Shown piece after piece: positions 1 through 10,999 of a stretch of DNA of 64,000 nucleotides (positions are counted from its first letter, which is position 1; the number at the start of each line of letters is the position of its first letter). This DNA is from Anthoceros angustus (taxonomy: Eukaryota; Plantae; Anthocerotophyta): assembly GCA_010909165.1 (NCBI GenBank), contig MU008158.1, positions 3,001,478 through 3,065,477 of the forward strand, read 5' to 3'. The position numbers and the translations under genes are program-made. Under the pieces are notes generated by a model. The model saw only the letters and a list, made by a program, of their open reading frames with translations. It did no database searches and was not told the DNA's origin.

Positions 1-3000
1 AAGATTCCCTCCGTCATTCCAAAGTAGCATTTCTCGGGTGTAGGCTCAATTGAGTCTCCGGCGCTCAAGCACCTTCTTAGATGTCCAAGGTGTTTGTCCT
101 GCTCCCCATGCACACAAAATCATCCGAGAATATCTCCATGAAGTCCCTCGAGTCACGGAAGGCGTTGGTCACCATGCATGAGCGACCACAGCTCGGTCAT
201 CCCAAAGGCACTTCTCTTGTAGGCAAGCGTACCCCAGTAGTGAAGGTCGTCTTGTCCCGGTCGCTCCCTTAGGTGCAATTGGTTATGTCCGGAGTAGCCA
301 TCCGAGGAAGGAGTAAGTAGTCGACCACCTTGTCCAAAATGTCGTCTCTGAATGGCATCGGAAGTGGTCCTTCTCGTTGCGTTGAGCTTCCTCAATCTTG
401 GCATACCAATTTGTCTTTCTTGGGAACCACCACAATCGTAGCGACCCACTCGGCGATGGGGAAAATGATGTCTGCCTCCGGTACTTATCAAGGACCTCCT
501 TCACCTTGATCGAATACTTGGGGTTGAGCTTGTATTGTCGGATTGATGGCACCGCTCGGCTTCAAATCGATCTTATGCTCTCCACTTCTTGAATGCCCTT
601 CATGTCGTGACCTTGGCGAACACACCTCATAAAACTCCCATGCTTTAGTCCTTCCTTGGTCCGAGGCATGCCTTTCTTAAACTTGAGAATTTGCTGGCGG
701 ACCTCCACTTCTTCCACGTCGTCCGGGTTCACGTCTCTCCGTTCCGTCTTTGCCTCATGCGTCCAAACCCTCGTCCTCTCTCGGGGATCGTCCTCTCGCA
801 TCCCCATTCTGAGCTCGTCGGAGGTGAATCGTGTTACTCCTTGAGCTTTTCCTTGGTCCGACTCTTGTTGTCTCCCTTGTCTTTGGTCCGACCTCCTCTT
901 CACTTCCTTCCTCCGGCCCGTTGTGGCGTTTACTCGAAAACAATCAATCCACTTCGCGCCAAAGGCATCCATGATAGTCCATCTCCTCCTCGGACCCGGC
1001 GGATCTTGGCGAAAAGTCGCCTCCTCGGAACTATCTTGTTCGTCTGGAGTCCTCCGAGGTATACCCGGTAGTGCTCACGGTTTCCCACAATAGGTGTCCT
1101 TGCTCCGGTGATAGCAACCCTCCCTTCTCGCACCTTAGGGTCCCACCACCGGCAAGTGAATCTCCTTCCTTCCAAAGTGTAGCTGCAGGCCAACCCGACC
1201 ATGGCCGCTGACAACACCTCATACCCTAATGGTCCGGCGGTTTGATCACAACAAAATCCGGTTTGTAGGGTGCACCTATGGTGGCCAAGACTCGGTTAAC
1301 TCCCGCGGATCTCTTCTTGACATATGCCATTCTCGAGTCTTCGTTGAGGTTGAAGGATGTGAAGCCCAATTTTCGTGCGTGGCTTCGGTGATGAGGTTGA
1401 CTCGGACCCGTGTCCAGCGGTACATCCTTGATGATACATCCAATCTCCACTTGTACCACTGCGCCCAGGTCGTATGGGACACCACCCTCACTTCCTGCTA
1501 CCCTTCCTTTGGTGCTCATGGCCGCTGGGTTTCCCTAACGACGGACGGACCTCTTGTATTTGGGTTATCCCTCGGTTGTCGAAAGGACACAGGGTCTTGA
1601 TTCATCATCGGTCGCCACATTAAAGGCGGGCTTCTACCCCAATCGAGGATCCTGCTGCTGCGTCCTCATCCTCTCCCGGTCACTTGTTACGGTATTCTCC
1701 GGATGCTTGCGCATTTCCTGCAACATCTCGGTCACCTCCGGACTACGTCCGGTGGAAGCTAACGTCGCCGTCGGGAGGCACCGTTCCTTCTCCACATCTC
1801 TGCGGAGAACTTCCTTGGGTAATCCCTCGGCGGCTGCCGTCCAGCCCTCCTTCATCGGTCGGATCCTCTGCTGGTATTTTGGTTTGATTGCCTTCCTCGG
1901 CGTCGTGGCGCTTCCTCCGATCTTGTTCTTCTTGGCGCCTTTCTCGTCGCTCCTTCCTTCTACAGTAGACACCTCAAGATTTCCTCCCAACTCCTTCCTT
2001 TCGACACCCCACCGTACCTTCTTGTTCTTTTCCATCTCGCGTACCAGGAATCTCTTCCCACTCCGCCTGAGCATCTTGACTTGCCGTCAGTAGTCTTAGG
2101 AGGTGGCGTTGGTGGTCGGGGTTCTCCGCTTGGTGTGGCATATCGTACCGTCCCTTGTGAGGTTGGGACATAGCGTCTTGCACATGCCGCGCTTGATCGC
2201 CACACCGCTCGAAGTCCCCATTACCACCTCGTTGAGTGCGGACGCGCGTTGGAGTAATGGCGATTCCGTTCCAGCAGACCCGCGGCCGTCGGAGGATACG
2301 AAGGGCTCCCATGCGGTCTTTGCATCGGTGGGGCTCGTTGTATTAGCGGACCTCGGTTGGCGGATACATGGTTTTGGGATATCGCGGCCCGGAGGGCTTC
2401 ACATGCGATAGGCCTCTTCCCATTGCTCCTCGGCCTCCTCCTCGTATTCGTAGTCCACTTGATGCACCGGCCTTGAGGCGGTTGGACTTCGAATGGCGTG
2501 TATTCTTGGCACACGGCACACGAAGATCGTTCGCCGTCGGTGTTTTCCGCTCTCGGTCCTTAACACAGTTTATCGCGGTCCTCTACTCTCTTTATCACTT
2601 TTCCGGTCCTCCCGCGGACAGCTACCTCCTTTGAGGAGTCGGGTCCGGTGGAGCTTCTCGGACGGTCTTGGTGTCACCACCTCCTTCTTACCACCTTCTT
2701 TTAGCGGGGCTTTCTTGCTCTTCTTCTTGCGGGATACTCTTCCTCGCTAGAGACCTCCGTCTCTTCTTGGACGGCTGCTCCTCCTCGAAGACACCTCCGA
2801 TTGGTCTTCCTCCTCCTCAAGACTCTTCCTCCTCAGTCGAACCCGTTTCTTCTTCTTCTTCTTGCCTCCTTGGGATTTCTTTATCCTCGATGTAGCGATT
2901 CCTCGTAGTTTTCGGCCGCCTTGCCCACGTCCTTCTCGGCCAGCGGCGGGTGCACGTATGGGTTTGGCTAGACCCGGCCGAACCACCGTCTCGCTTGCAT

Positions 3001-3600
3001 CGTGGTATGGGTTGGATGCCGATCCCTCAGGGCATAGAACCGCTCGATGTACGAGCCCAGCTTCTCCTTCTTCCCTCGCTTCAGATTTTCCAACTTTGAT
3101 AATACATACCCCTCCTGGTCGATCCCTCGAAACCGTTCTAAGAAGGCATTTTTCAAAGCTTCAAACGAGGCGGGTGGGGCATTCTCCGGTGGTCGGTACT
3201 TTCTCCGATACCATTGAGCAGCTGTCCCTCGGAGAACCCCTTGGAAAAGCTGGATGAGCTGCGCGTCTCCTCTCTCGTTGAAGTTGGCTTTGGACACGAA
3301 GTCCTCCACAAAGGTCTCGCATCCGCTCCTTCTTCCCTCCGAATATGGAGATGCGCTTGTTTGGTCGGTAGGGGCCATGGCTGCCATCGATGGGTTAGGC
3401 GTGGTGTCCTACCTTCTTCCGTTGGCGTCCCTTGTACCCGTACTCGTCTTGGTCCGACAATTCGACCACGTTCTCCCTCCTCGATCGGCGGTGCTCTCTC
3501 GTTGGGTTTGGCGTCTCTCCTCTCACGGCTCGGAGCACGCGAGGTGACCACGTCCGATCCTCCCGGCGGTTCACTCTTGACCGTCGCTCGACCCACGCAT
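1..3600 (-). pseudogene. Frameshifted gag-pol (gag, protease, N-terminal part of RT)
   Basis: Fragments in ORFs 2968-3387, 1226-1519, 283-552 and 153-491 carry recognisable gag, protease and RT motifs in shifting frames. Confidence 0.85.
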
Positions 3601-3648
3601 TCACTTACCTTCTCTTCCTAAGGGCGCACTGCGGCGGACGATTTCATT

Positions 3649-3664
3649 CCCGGCAGCGGCGCCA
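3649..3664 (-). promoter_or_regulatory. Primer-binding site of the Gypsy element
   Basis: Minus strand reads ...CA-TTT-TGGCGCCGCTGCCGGG, matching the Athila-type PBS TGGCGCCGTTGCCGGG, just after a CA LTR end at 3668. Confidence 0.8.
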
Positions 3665-3667
3665 AAA

Positions 3668-6600
3668 TGTGGCGGACTTTTCTTGATGGCCGCGGTAGCA
3701 CAATCCGTGTCGTTGTAGGAAGAAGTCCGTTCCCAAAGGGAATGATAGGCCCGTTCTGCGTTTGGTGATTCTTACCGTCCTTAGCGCTCGTTCGGTCTCA
3801 ACACACACATACTACTCTGGCGTTCACGTCGGGGTGTGGCCAAGCGTTTAGACCCGTTCGTCCGTATCGTTCACATCCTCACGCATCGGTCCTTTCCTCT
3901 CTCCTCTCACGCTACACTCTTGAGAAAAAGCGCGCGGTTCTGTGATCCGGACCTCCTCGTCGTTCGCGGGCCTCTCCGTCCGGGCTCTACACACCCTCCG
4001 GAGTTCCTCCGGCTCACGTTCGATCCGTTCGGTGTCGGACGCGGCTCGGGCGAACACGGTCACCGATCACCCTTCCACACACCACAGCGTTAAGTCCGTC
4101 ACGGGACCTTGATCAATCTCCCGGGCGCCGTGCACCTTTCGGTGACTCGGGACTCACGTTAGCAAGAAGACTCACAAAGGTGCGCAGCGGCATCAACACC
4201 AAGAAAGATGCTTTACTAGGCGACCTCGGCCCCTCTTATCTGCGCCCAAGGTGGCGTCTTTATTACACCCCTATTACGGTGATAGCCAGCTCGGTATACC
4301 CTAAATCGCCTACCATTATCCCCTATCTCCTTCGCTTGTGGTGGGAAGGTCACAGGCCCGCCGGAATGGGTGGTCCAATCCCCGTCACAGCGGTTGTGGT
4401 GCACCCAATCGGATGATCCGTGAGGCCCCTCCTCTCCGGAATCACAGGTTGGGCTCTGGCGGATCGGCGACACGCGTCATCCTCCCACAGCCTCCACAGG
4501 TCCTTGGCCGGTGGGGCCACCCGGCTATCGGCTCCCCTAAGCGTAAGTCGAAGGGGCTCCTCCTTCTTGCCGGCCGGTCCTCGAGGTCTGTCTCGACTCC
4601 CAGTCGGCACTTCACAGGTCGGCGGCTAGGTCCGACCTTGTCTCGGGGTCCGGACCTCGGTCGGTTATTACGGTCCGGACTTGGTCCGGACTTATTAGGT
4701 CCGGACTTGAGTCCGGACTTATTGGTCGGACTTGGTCCGGCCTCCCTGGTCCGGACAAAGTCGGACTCACGCCCAGGTTTCCTCCCTCACGGGACTCCTC
4801 GTGGCTCTCCCTCGAAGTCCTCCATTCCCGATCGCCCGAGTGGCTCGCCGTTGGCCCCTCCTTCCATGGTGAGGTGCGGGGTGCTTACCTCGATCGCATC
4901 CGCGCTCCCTCGTTCTGCTCCTCGGTTGCTCCTCTCCGCGCTCCGTCATCTCCAAGCAGGGCCACTAGGGTCCTGTCTTTGTCCCGTGGCCTTCATCTCC
5001 TTGAGCCTTCCAGGGTCCGTCCGTCTGCGGCGTCGAGGCTTCTCGCCTTGGGGCTCGGCGTGGTAATAGGCAAAGTCACAGATCGACTTGTTGAATTGCC
5101 TCTTCCACGTGTGCGGGGCACCGATACTCCCTCCGCCATAAGTGTTCGGGCGTCTGCTCGGCTTGTTGGGCCACCTCTCCACCGGTTGTGGTGGGCGGCA
5201 TATCACGCGAGGCTACAAGGCGGCCTCGGTCACCTCCTGCACTGCTGTTGCTCCACTGCTCCGGCTCCCGTCGTTTCCTTCCATTGCGGCTTACCCGCCA
5301 TAGCGCGGCGTTCCCTTCCGCCTTTCTCGGTGGACGGCGGCTTCTTTTACTTCCGTGCTCGCGCTCCCGTTCATTACGGCCTTTAGCTCATGACTCCCTC
5401 TCAGGCGGTGGATACCTCCGTCCAGGCTCGGACTTCCTCCGGCTCCCAGCAGCGTCCAACTCCTTGGATAGTCGCGATTTTCCTCCGTCTTGAGGAGACG
5501 GAGGCACTCTATTTCGTGCTCGAGTCGTGGATTCTCTCGTTGAGAATCACTGCCTCGACGCATCTTGGGTTGTAGCTCCAGCGTGTCCTTCTTCCTCCAT
5601 CTGCCGCCTCCTTCTACTCTGCTGTGTACTCGGAGATCCTCTATCTCCCGAGTCTTGGCCCTGCTCCATAGCCTTTGTCGGCCTTGAGTTAGCCTCATGC
5701 TGCGACTCTCTCCACGGTTCCGATCACGTCATGGTGATCCGGTCGCTCTTCACCGGACAGGCTCCTTCGCCGCCTTTTACAGGCCTCGCCCTTGGCGCTG
5801 CTCTGGCGGGCCGCCTCCGCCGATCCCGAGCTCTCTGCTTGTGCCGGGCCTCTTCCGCCTCTGCTGCGCTTCCCTCTTCGCTGCAAGGTCCTCCGCCCGC
5901 TTGGGCCTCTGAGCTTGCTTGGTGACGCCTGGTGAAGAACCTTAAGATCTGTGAACCGGGCCTCGCTCCGCCACCCGGCGTTCCCTTCCTCGATCCGGCG
6001 AGGGACTCCGCCTTTCCTTTGCCCTCGGCCGCCTTCACTTGCTCTTGGGTTCCACCATCCTCCTCGGGTGGCCTCCACTTCACAGGTCTTCTCCTGTACG
6101 AGACCCCAAAGCATTCCGTCCATGACGGTAGCGAGACTCGCCGTGTTTCTTCCACGGCCAGCAGTGAGGCCCCACAAAGTCCGTAGTGGGAGCCGGCATT
6201 TCTCGATCCGAGGACCTCCATACCGGATCCGAGTAAGTCGGTTGGGTTCTCGACCTAATCGGGACCCTCGGGTCACAGTGGTGTCAGTCTCACCCTCTTG
6301 GCCCTCTTGGCCTCTAACTCCTTTGTGCCCTCTTTCTCCAGGCTCGGAGGAGGTGAGGGGAGTCGGGAGCAAGCTCTTTTGCCCCTTGGGGCAGGCCGGC
6401 TCGGTGGGGCTGCTGCCGGTGACCTCCACTCCTTGGGCCACGTCCCTTCGCCCTCCTTACGCCTCTTGACCTCTTGCCACTCCGTGGCGGCGGGGTAAGT
6501 CCGGCACCTTGTCTTTGCGTTGGTAAGCGGCACCGTCTTCCGCCTCTTGGCTCCCCGGGTTCGTCGGGGCTCGGCCGTCGTGGTTGTTGGGCTGTCTCGG

Positions 6601-8187
6601 TCGGGCCGCCAGCGCCCTCCGGCATCGGCTCCCTCACTGCCTTGCTCGGAGGGCACCAAAAGGAGGAAGGGGAATCGCCTCCCAAACTTCCCAGGTGGTG
6701 AGGGGTTCGCTCAGGCGTATGGAGTCGGAATCCTCGATCGTCCTCCTCCCGAGTCCGCTTGGTCTTGAAGGGCGACCCCCACCTCAGGCGCCCTTGCACG
6801 CTCTACGGGGCCTCCGGCCTTGGGCGCCCGCTCAAGCTCTCCCTCCTTGAGCTCGAAATGTCCCCATACATGAATCGGTATGGGGTCGCGATGGCGAGGC
6901 TTCTCGCTTGCGTGCCTCTGGCCCGGGCAGGCGAAGATAATCCTTCCCCGGTCGCTCTCTTCCCCGGAGGCGTGCGAATACCAAGTTATCACCAAGGTGA
7001 TCCACCTTGGTGGCGAGTTCAATGGACAATGATCCGGGCTACCGCCCTTACTCGTATCCGGCGGATCGGATATCAACCATCCGTTGGTTGTCTGCGTTCG
7101 AGCCTCGGCCGCGCGTGGGCGGCCCTATCTTCCGCCTTAAGGGGCTCGGCACCACGCCCCTTCTTCCTCCTTGAGCGGTTGTAGGCCATCCTCGGGACCT
7201 CAAGGTCCATCGCCTCGGGTCCTCCGGAGGTTCTTGGATCGGACCTCCTTGTTGATCGCCGCCGGCATCTTCGGGCAAACTCCGGACTAGAGTGGCGTTG
7301 TCAAAGGTCGGACCATTTGGAACACGTCCGGATGCCACTCCCGCACCAATTCCCACTTCCTCCGGCCCGGGGCGAAGTCCGGATAGCGCCGGGTCACAAT
7401 GTTGCGCTCCACGGTCCATGGCTCCCAGACTCCGTCGGCTTTTGGGTGCCATTGCTTTCTCCTCCTCTTGTTCTGCTGGCGTCGGCGCACGATGTTCCTC
7501 CCCGCGCGTTTTGCTCCAACCTTGTGATGCGCCTGGCGGCGCCCAAAAGGCCGAGCGGATTGCGGGCGCAGATGAGGCTGCTGCGCATGACCTCCTCCTT
7601 GGCGCGCTTGTGGAAATGGCTGGGCGGAAGGCGCCTCTTCGTTGTCCGTAGCGCGAGTGCATGGCTTACTCGACCCTACGCTTCCCTTACTGCGGCCTTC
7701 GCGCCGCGCGGCCGCGGGCGTGAATACTATAACGGCCTCGGCAGGTTACGGTCTGGCCTCTGCATGCCCGACCTCCACTCGGGGCCGTCCGCGTGGCGCC
7801 GCCTGTGCATCCTCACGCCTCACTCCTGGTTACTTTCCACGGCGTACTTATCCTATTTTGACACGGGTGGGTTCCGGACTTATCCGTTACTCCGTAGTCC
7901 GGAGCTTGCCATAGTGAATGCGGGGTCCGTTGTTCACTCAGTCCGGAGTATACTCGAGCCTCGTCCGGCGCTACCCCAATTTATTCCTCCTTTTCGCCTT
8001 ATTTATCCTTCAATCTAAAACCCTACTTATTTCCCTAACTCCCGGTGCATAGCCCACACTTTACATATTGGGCAATGTTTTCCTGGAATATATCTGTAAT
8101 ATGTTTCATGGTACATGGTATGGTTACCAAACGCCCATAACATATTTCTTAGCCTGAACCTTTTCGGTCCAACTTGAGGTTGTCACA
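3668..8187 (-). repeat. Putative very long (~4.5 kb) 5' LTR containing a decayed sense ORF
   Basis: 3' end fixed by CA plus PBS. 5' end inferred from TGTGACAACCTC at 8187. TCCGGA-core repeats occur near both ends (4650-4770, 7870-7950). The partner LTR lies outside the window. Confidence 0.5.
4628..4768. repeat. Short tandem repeats of GGTCCGGACT(T) with a palindromic TCCGGA core
   Basis: About 10 imperfect copies visible directly. Confidence 0.8.
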
Positions 8188-10999
8188 CTCGTCGGTCGAT
8201 CATGCAAAGGAGAGGCAACACGCCCTCCTCAATCCTTCCCTTCGATATTACACGGCCAAATAATTTGCCCATGCCTCGTCCACTCTCCTTATCTGCGCAT
8301 CGGTGTAATATGGGATCGGTTTCAAATTCTCCACTTCACTAATCTGTTTCTGAACCACCTTCTTGGAGTAAGGTGAGTCAATTCGTGTCAAAGTGCATCT
8401 CGATAGCATCCTCCAGCCTTTCCTCGTGCATACGAACATGAGCAGTGGCAATGTTTTCCGGATGGTCCCCTTTCCTCCATCTCTCTTGACTTCTTCTTCC
8501 CACTACACTACATCGCCTTTCGTCCGTCCGCGTGAGACATCCGTAGGTGCTCTCTTCGTTTCCCACCTCGCTCCACCACATCACCCTGGCTCCTCTTCCG
8601 CCCTCACAGGCGCGGCCGGCGGCGCCCGATCCTCCTCCTTCTTCGGAGTGCAGGCCACCGCCGGGCGCGGCGTCCATCTCCCACAGGCGGACAAACCGGT
8701 TTGGGTTTGGGGTCATCAGTCTTCCCCATCCGCCCAGTCGGCGGCCGTGGCACGGTGTCATCCGCATGTCGCGACGGTAGGAAAATGCAAAGTTCATGAT
8801 GTCTCTGCATCCCTATCCTCGTCTTGGTCGCTGACCCTTCTCCATCGAATGACCCGGCACATCGGATCGGGCCATCATCCTCGTCGGATGGTCCCGATTC
8901 ACTATCTGCATCTTGCACGCAGGCTATCTGCATCATCCTCATTCTGTGCTCTCTCGCTCTCCTCATAGACAATACGGCACTGTGCTGTGATGTCAAACAC
9001 CTTTCCACACAACGATCGATAAGAGCTCTTCCTACAGGGTGGCAAGCAGCAAACATGATGCGTCGGAGGAAAGCACATCGGGATGACACAAACAACAAAA
9101 CAAAATTCACAGTCCATGGCATATACGTGCTTACACTCGGTTGCGCATTGCTTCTCGAAATACCTCGACAAGCTCGGGAGGACCACATTTCTTAGCAAGA
9201 AGGAGCTCATGCCCTATACATTTGAGGGTCTTGAATCAACTGCGTCAAACTCCACGAGGCCTTGTTGTGCAAAACAACGTGAACACGGTTCTTCTCGTCC
9301 ATGTCGCCCATACTACCCATCCCCTCGCTCTTTGGTTAGGCAATGCTCCTAACCCATGATCCACAATTTCAATAGTGGAGTCCGAGCGTTCTCATCCTCG
9401 CTCGCATCACTGTGTCACCATCCAATCTTTCTCAAGCAGTTAGCGGGATCCATCCGAGCATTCGGGCCGAATGATCACAGTCTCCTCGTAGGTGAAGGCG
9501 AAGGAATCGGCGGCCAGGCTTTGTGACTTCTCCACTCCAGCTCCCCTCTTTCCACCGTTGCCGGCCTTGCACGTCGAGGCTAGCGGATTCGCTTGCCCGC
9601 CCGATGCATGCCCACCCTTGGCTCACCACCTCGATCGCATCACGCGATGGGTTTGTCCCTAAGTCCCCTCGCACTAGCCGCCTTGCTTCTCCACCTTACT
9701 GGATTTCTTACATTTGGGGAGGAGGTCACCGGTGGGCCGCATCCGCCAAATCCTTCTTGCTCCGTCGTCCGCTTGCCATCGCTGCAGGCCGCCCGGTGAG
9801 CTACGAAACAAAGTTGCATCACTCACAAATTGGGCTTGAATGGAAATTGTGGAGTTCTCGCCTACGAGGATGCCTTGTGCACCGGTTGACACGGAACACG
9901 CTCTTTGCAAAGGCGCGCGTAGGTCCCTCCTTCACACGCCGCCACCACGGTGATGGAGGCCTCTCTGTGGAGCGTTACTTCCGAGTGCGCTTGAACAGGT
10001 TGAAAGTGGAACACCGTTACCATAAGGGACTCTTAACCCCTGGACCAGATTAGGGTTACCGCTCACCACGTTAACCAAAGTTAGAAACCCTGATGTCGTG
10101 TGAAAGGCTGGTAGTTAAGTGGACCTTATTCTCCTATGCATGTATTTATGACACTGTGACTTATCCATCAGTTGCGGCGGCGGCTGTTATTCTTATCCCG
10201 CGTGGCGGACCGCGATATCCGCTGCCTCATTGGATTTCCTCGCCGTTATGTGCAATGAAGTCGCGTGCCGTAGGCGTGGGTACTAAGTCGGCGCTCGACG
10301 CAAACCACACTTACCAACCATTTCTGTTTGCAAGGAGTCTACCAGCGGGACTTGTCGGCGACTTCTACAATGTTGCGACACACGACGATATGGAGGACGT
10401 GAGTGGAAAGTGCACCGTGTCATGTCCGATTCATTTGTGCTATCACCATGCGTTAACCCGGCAAATGCACATTTGCACGCAGTGCATCGGCTTATGTAGA
10501 AGAACCCTCCCGATACTTGAGGCCTGCGGACTCCCGGAAAAGGAGGAGGCTTGATCTTTTGAACCCTCCGCCACCTCGCCTCGCCATCCTCCAAGGTTAG
10601 TGTGTTAAGGGGCTTGGTGAAGAGTCCGTTATAGCACATTGTGGGAATTCGTAGTGGATGTCACTTGCGGGGAAAGACGCCCGGCGTCGAATTGTCTTCG
10701 CCAAGTATGCCGCATGGTGTTCCGATGCGCCAAGAAATCGAACTTGTATGCAGCCATAGACGGCCCTCCTGAGGAGAGTTGGGGTTGAAGGGCGCTGATG
10801 TTCGCATGATTGCCGCCGTGGCTTGTTCATGGCGATGGGTATGGGTAGGCAAAATACCGGTCCCGAGGAGCTACGGTCGTCCGATAGAGGTCCCATCGAG
10901 CGAAGACTTCCAATCACCTCCCGAGGATGATGTGCAAAGATCGTTTCACCAAACCTTTGAGCGAGACATTGCGCGTCAAAGGACTCGTGCGTTATGTCG

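Larger units (their letters stand above)
1..8187 (-). mobile_element. Ty3/Gypsy (non-chromovirus, Athila/Tat/Phygy-like) LTR retrotransposon, 5' half; runs off the window start
   Basis: Minus-strand order: putative LTR, PBS, gag (FVEDFVSKANFN...LRGTAAQWY...FEALKNAFLERFR, 2968-3387), Cys/His knuckle remnants (~2100-2210), aspartic protease (VPLDTG, ~1400-1430), RT (IRQYKLNPKYSIKVKEVLDK at ~480-550; FMEIFSDDF at ~115-145). Many frameshifts. The right boundary is inferred from a TGTGACAACC start on the minus strand. Confidence 0.85.

Noticed and set aside
4338-8018. Long plus-strand ORFs (4338-5066, 7317-8018, etc.)
   Set aside because: Shadow ORFs of GC-rich TE sequence with no recognisable motifs
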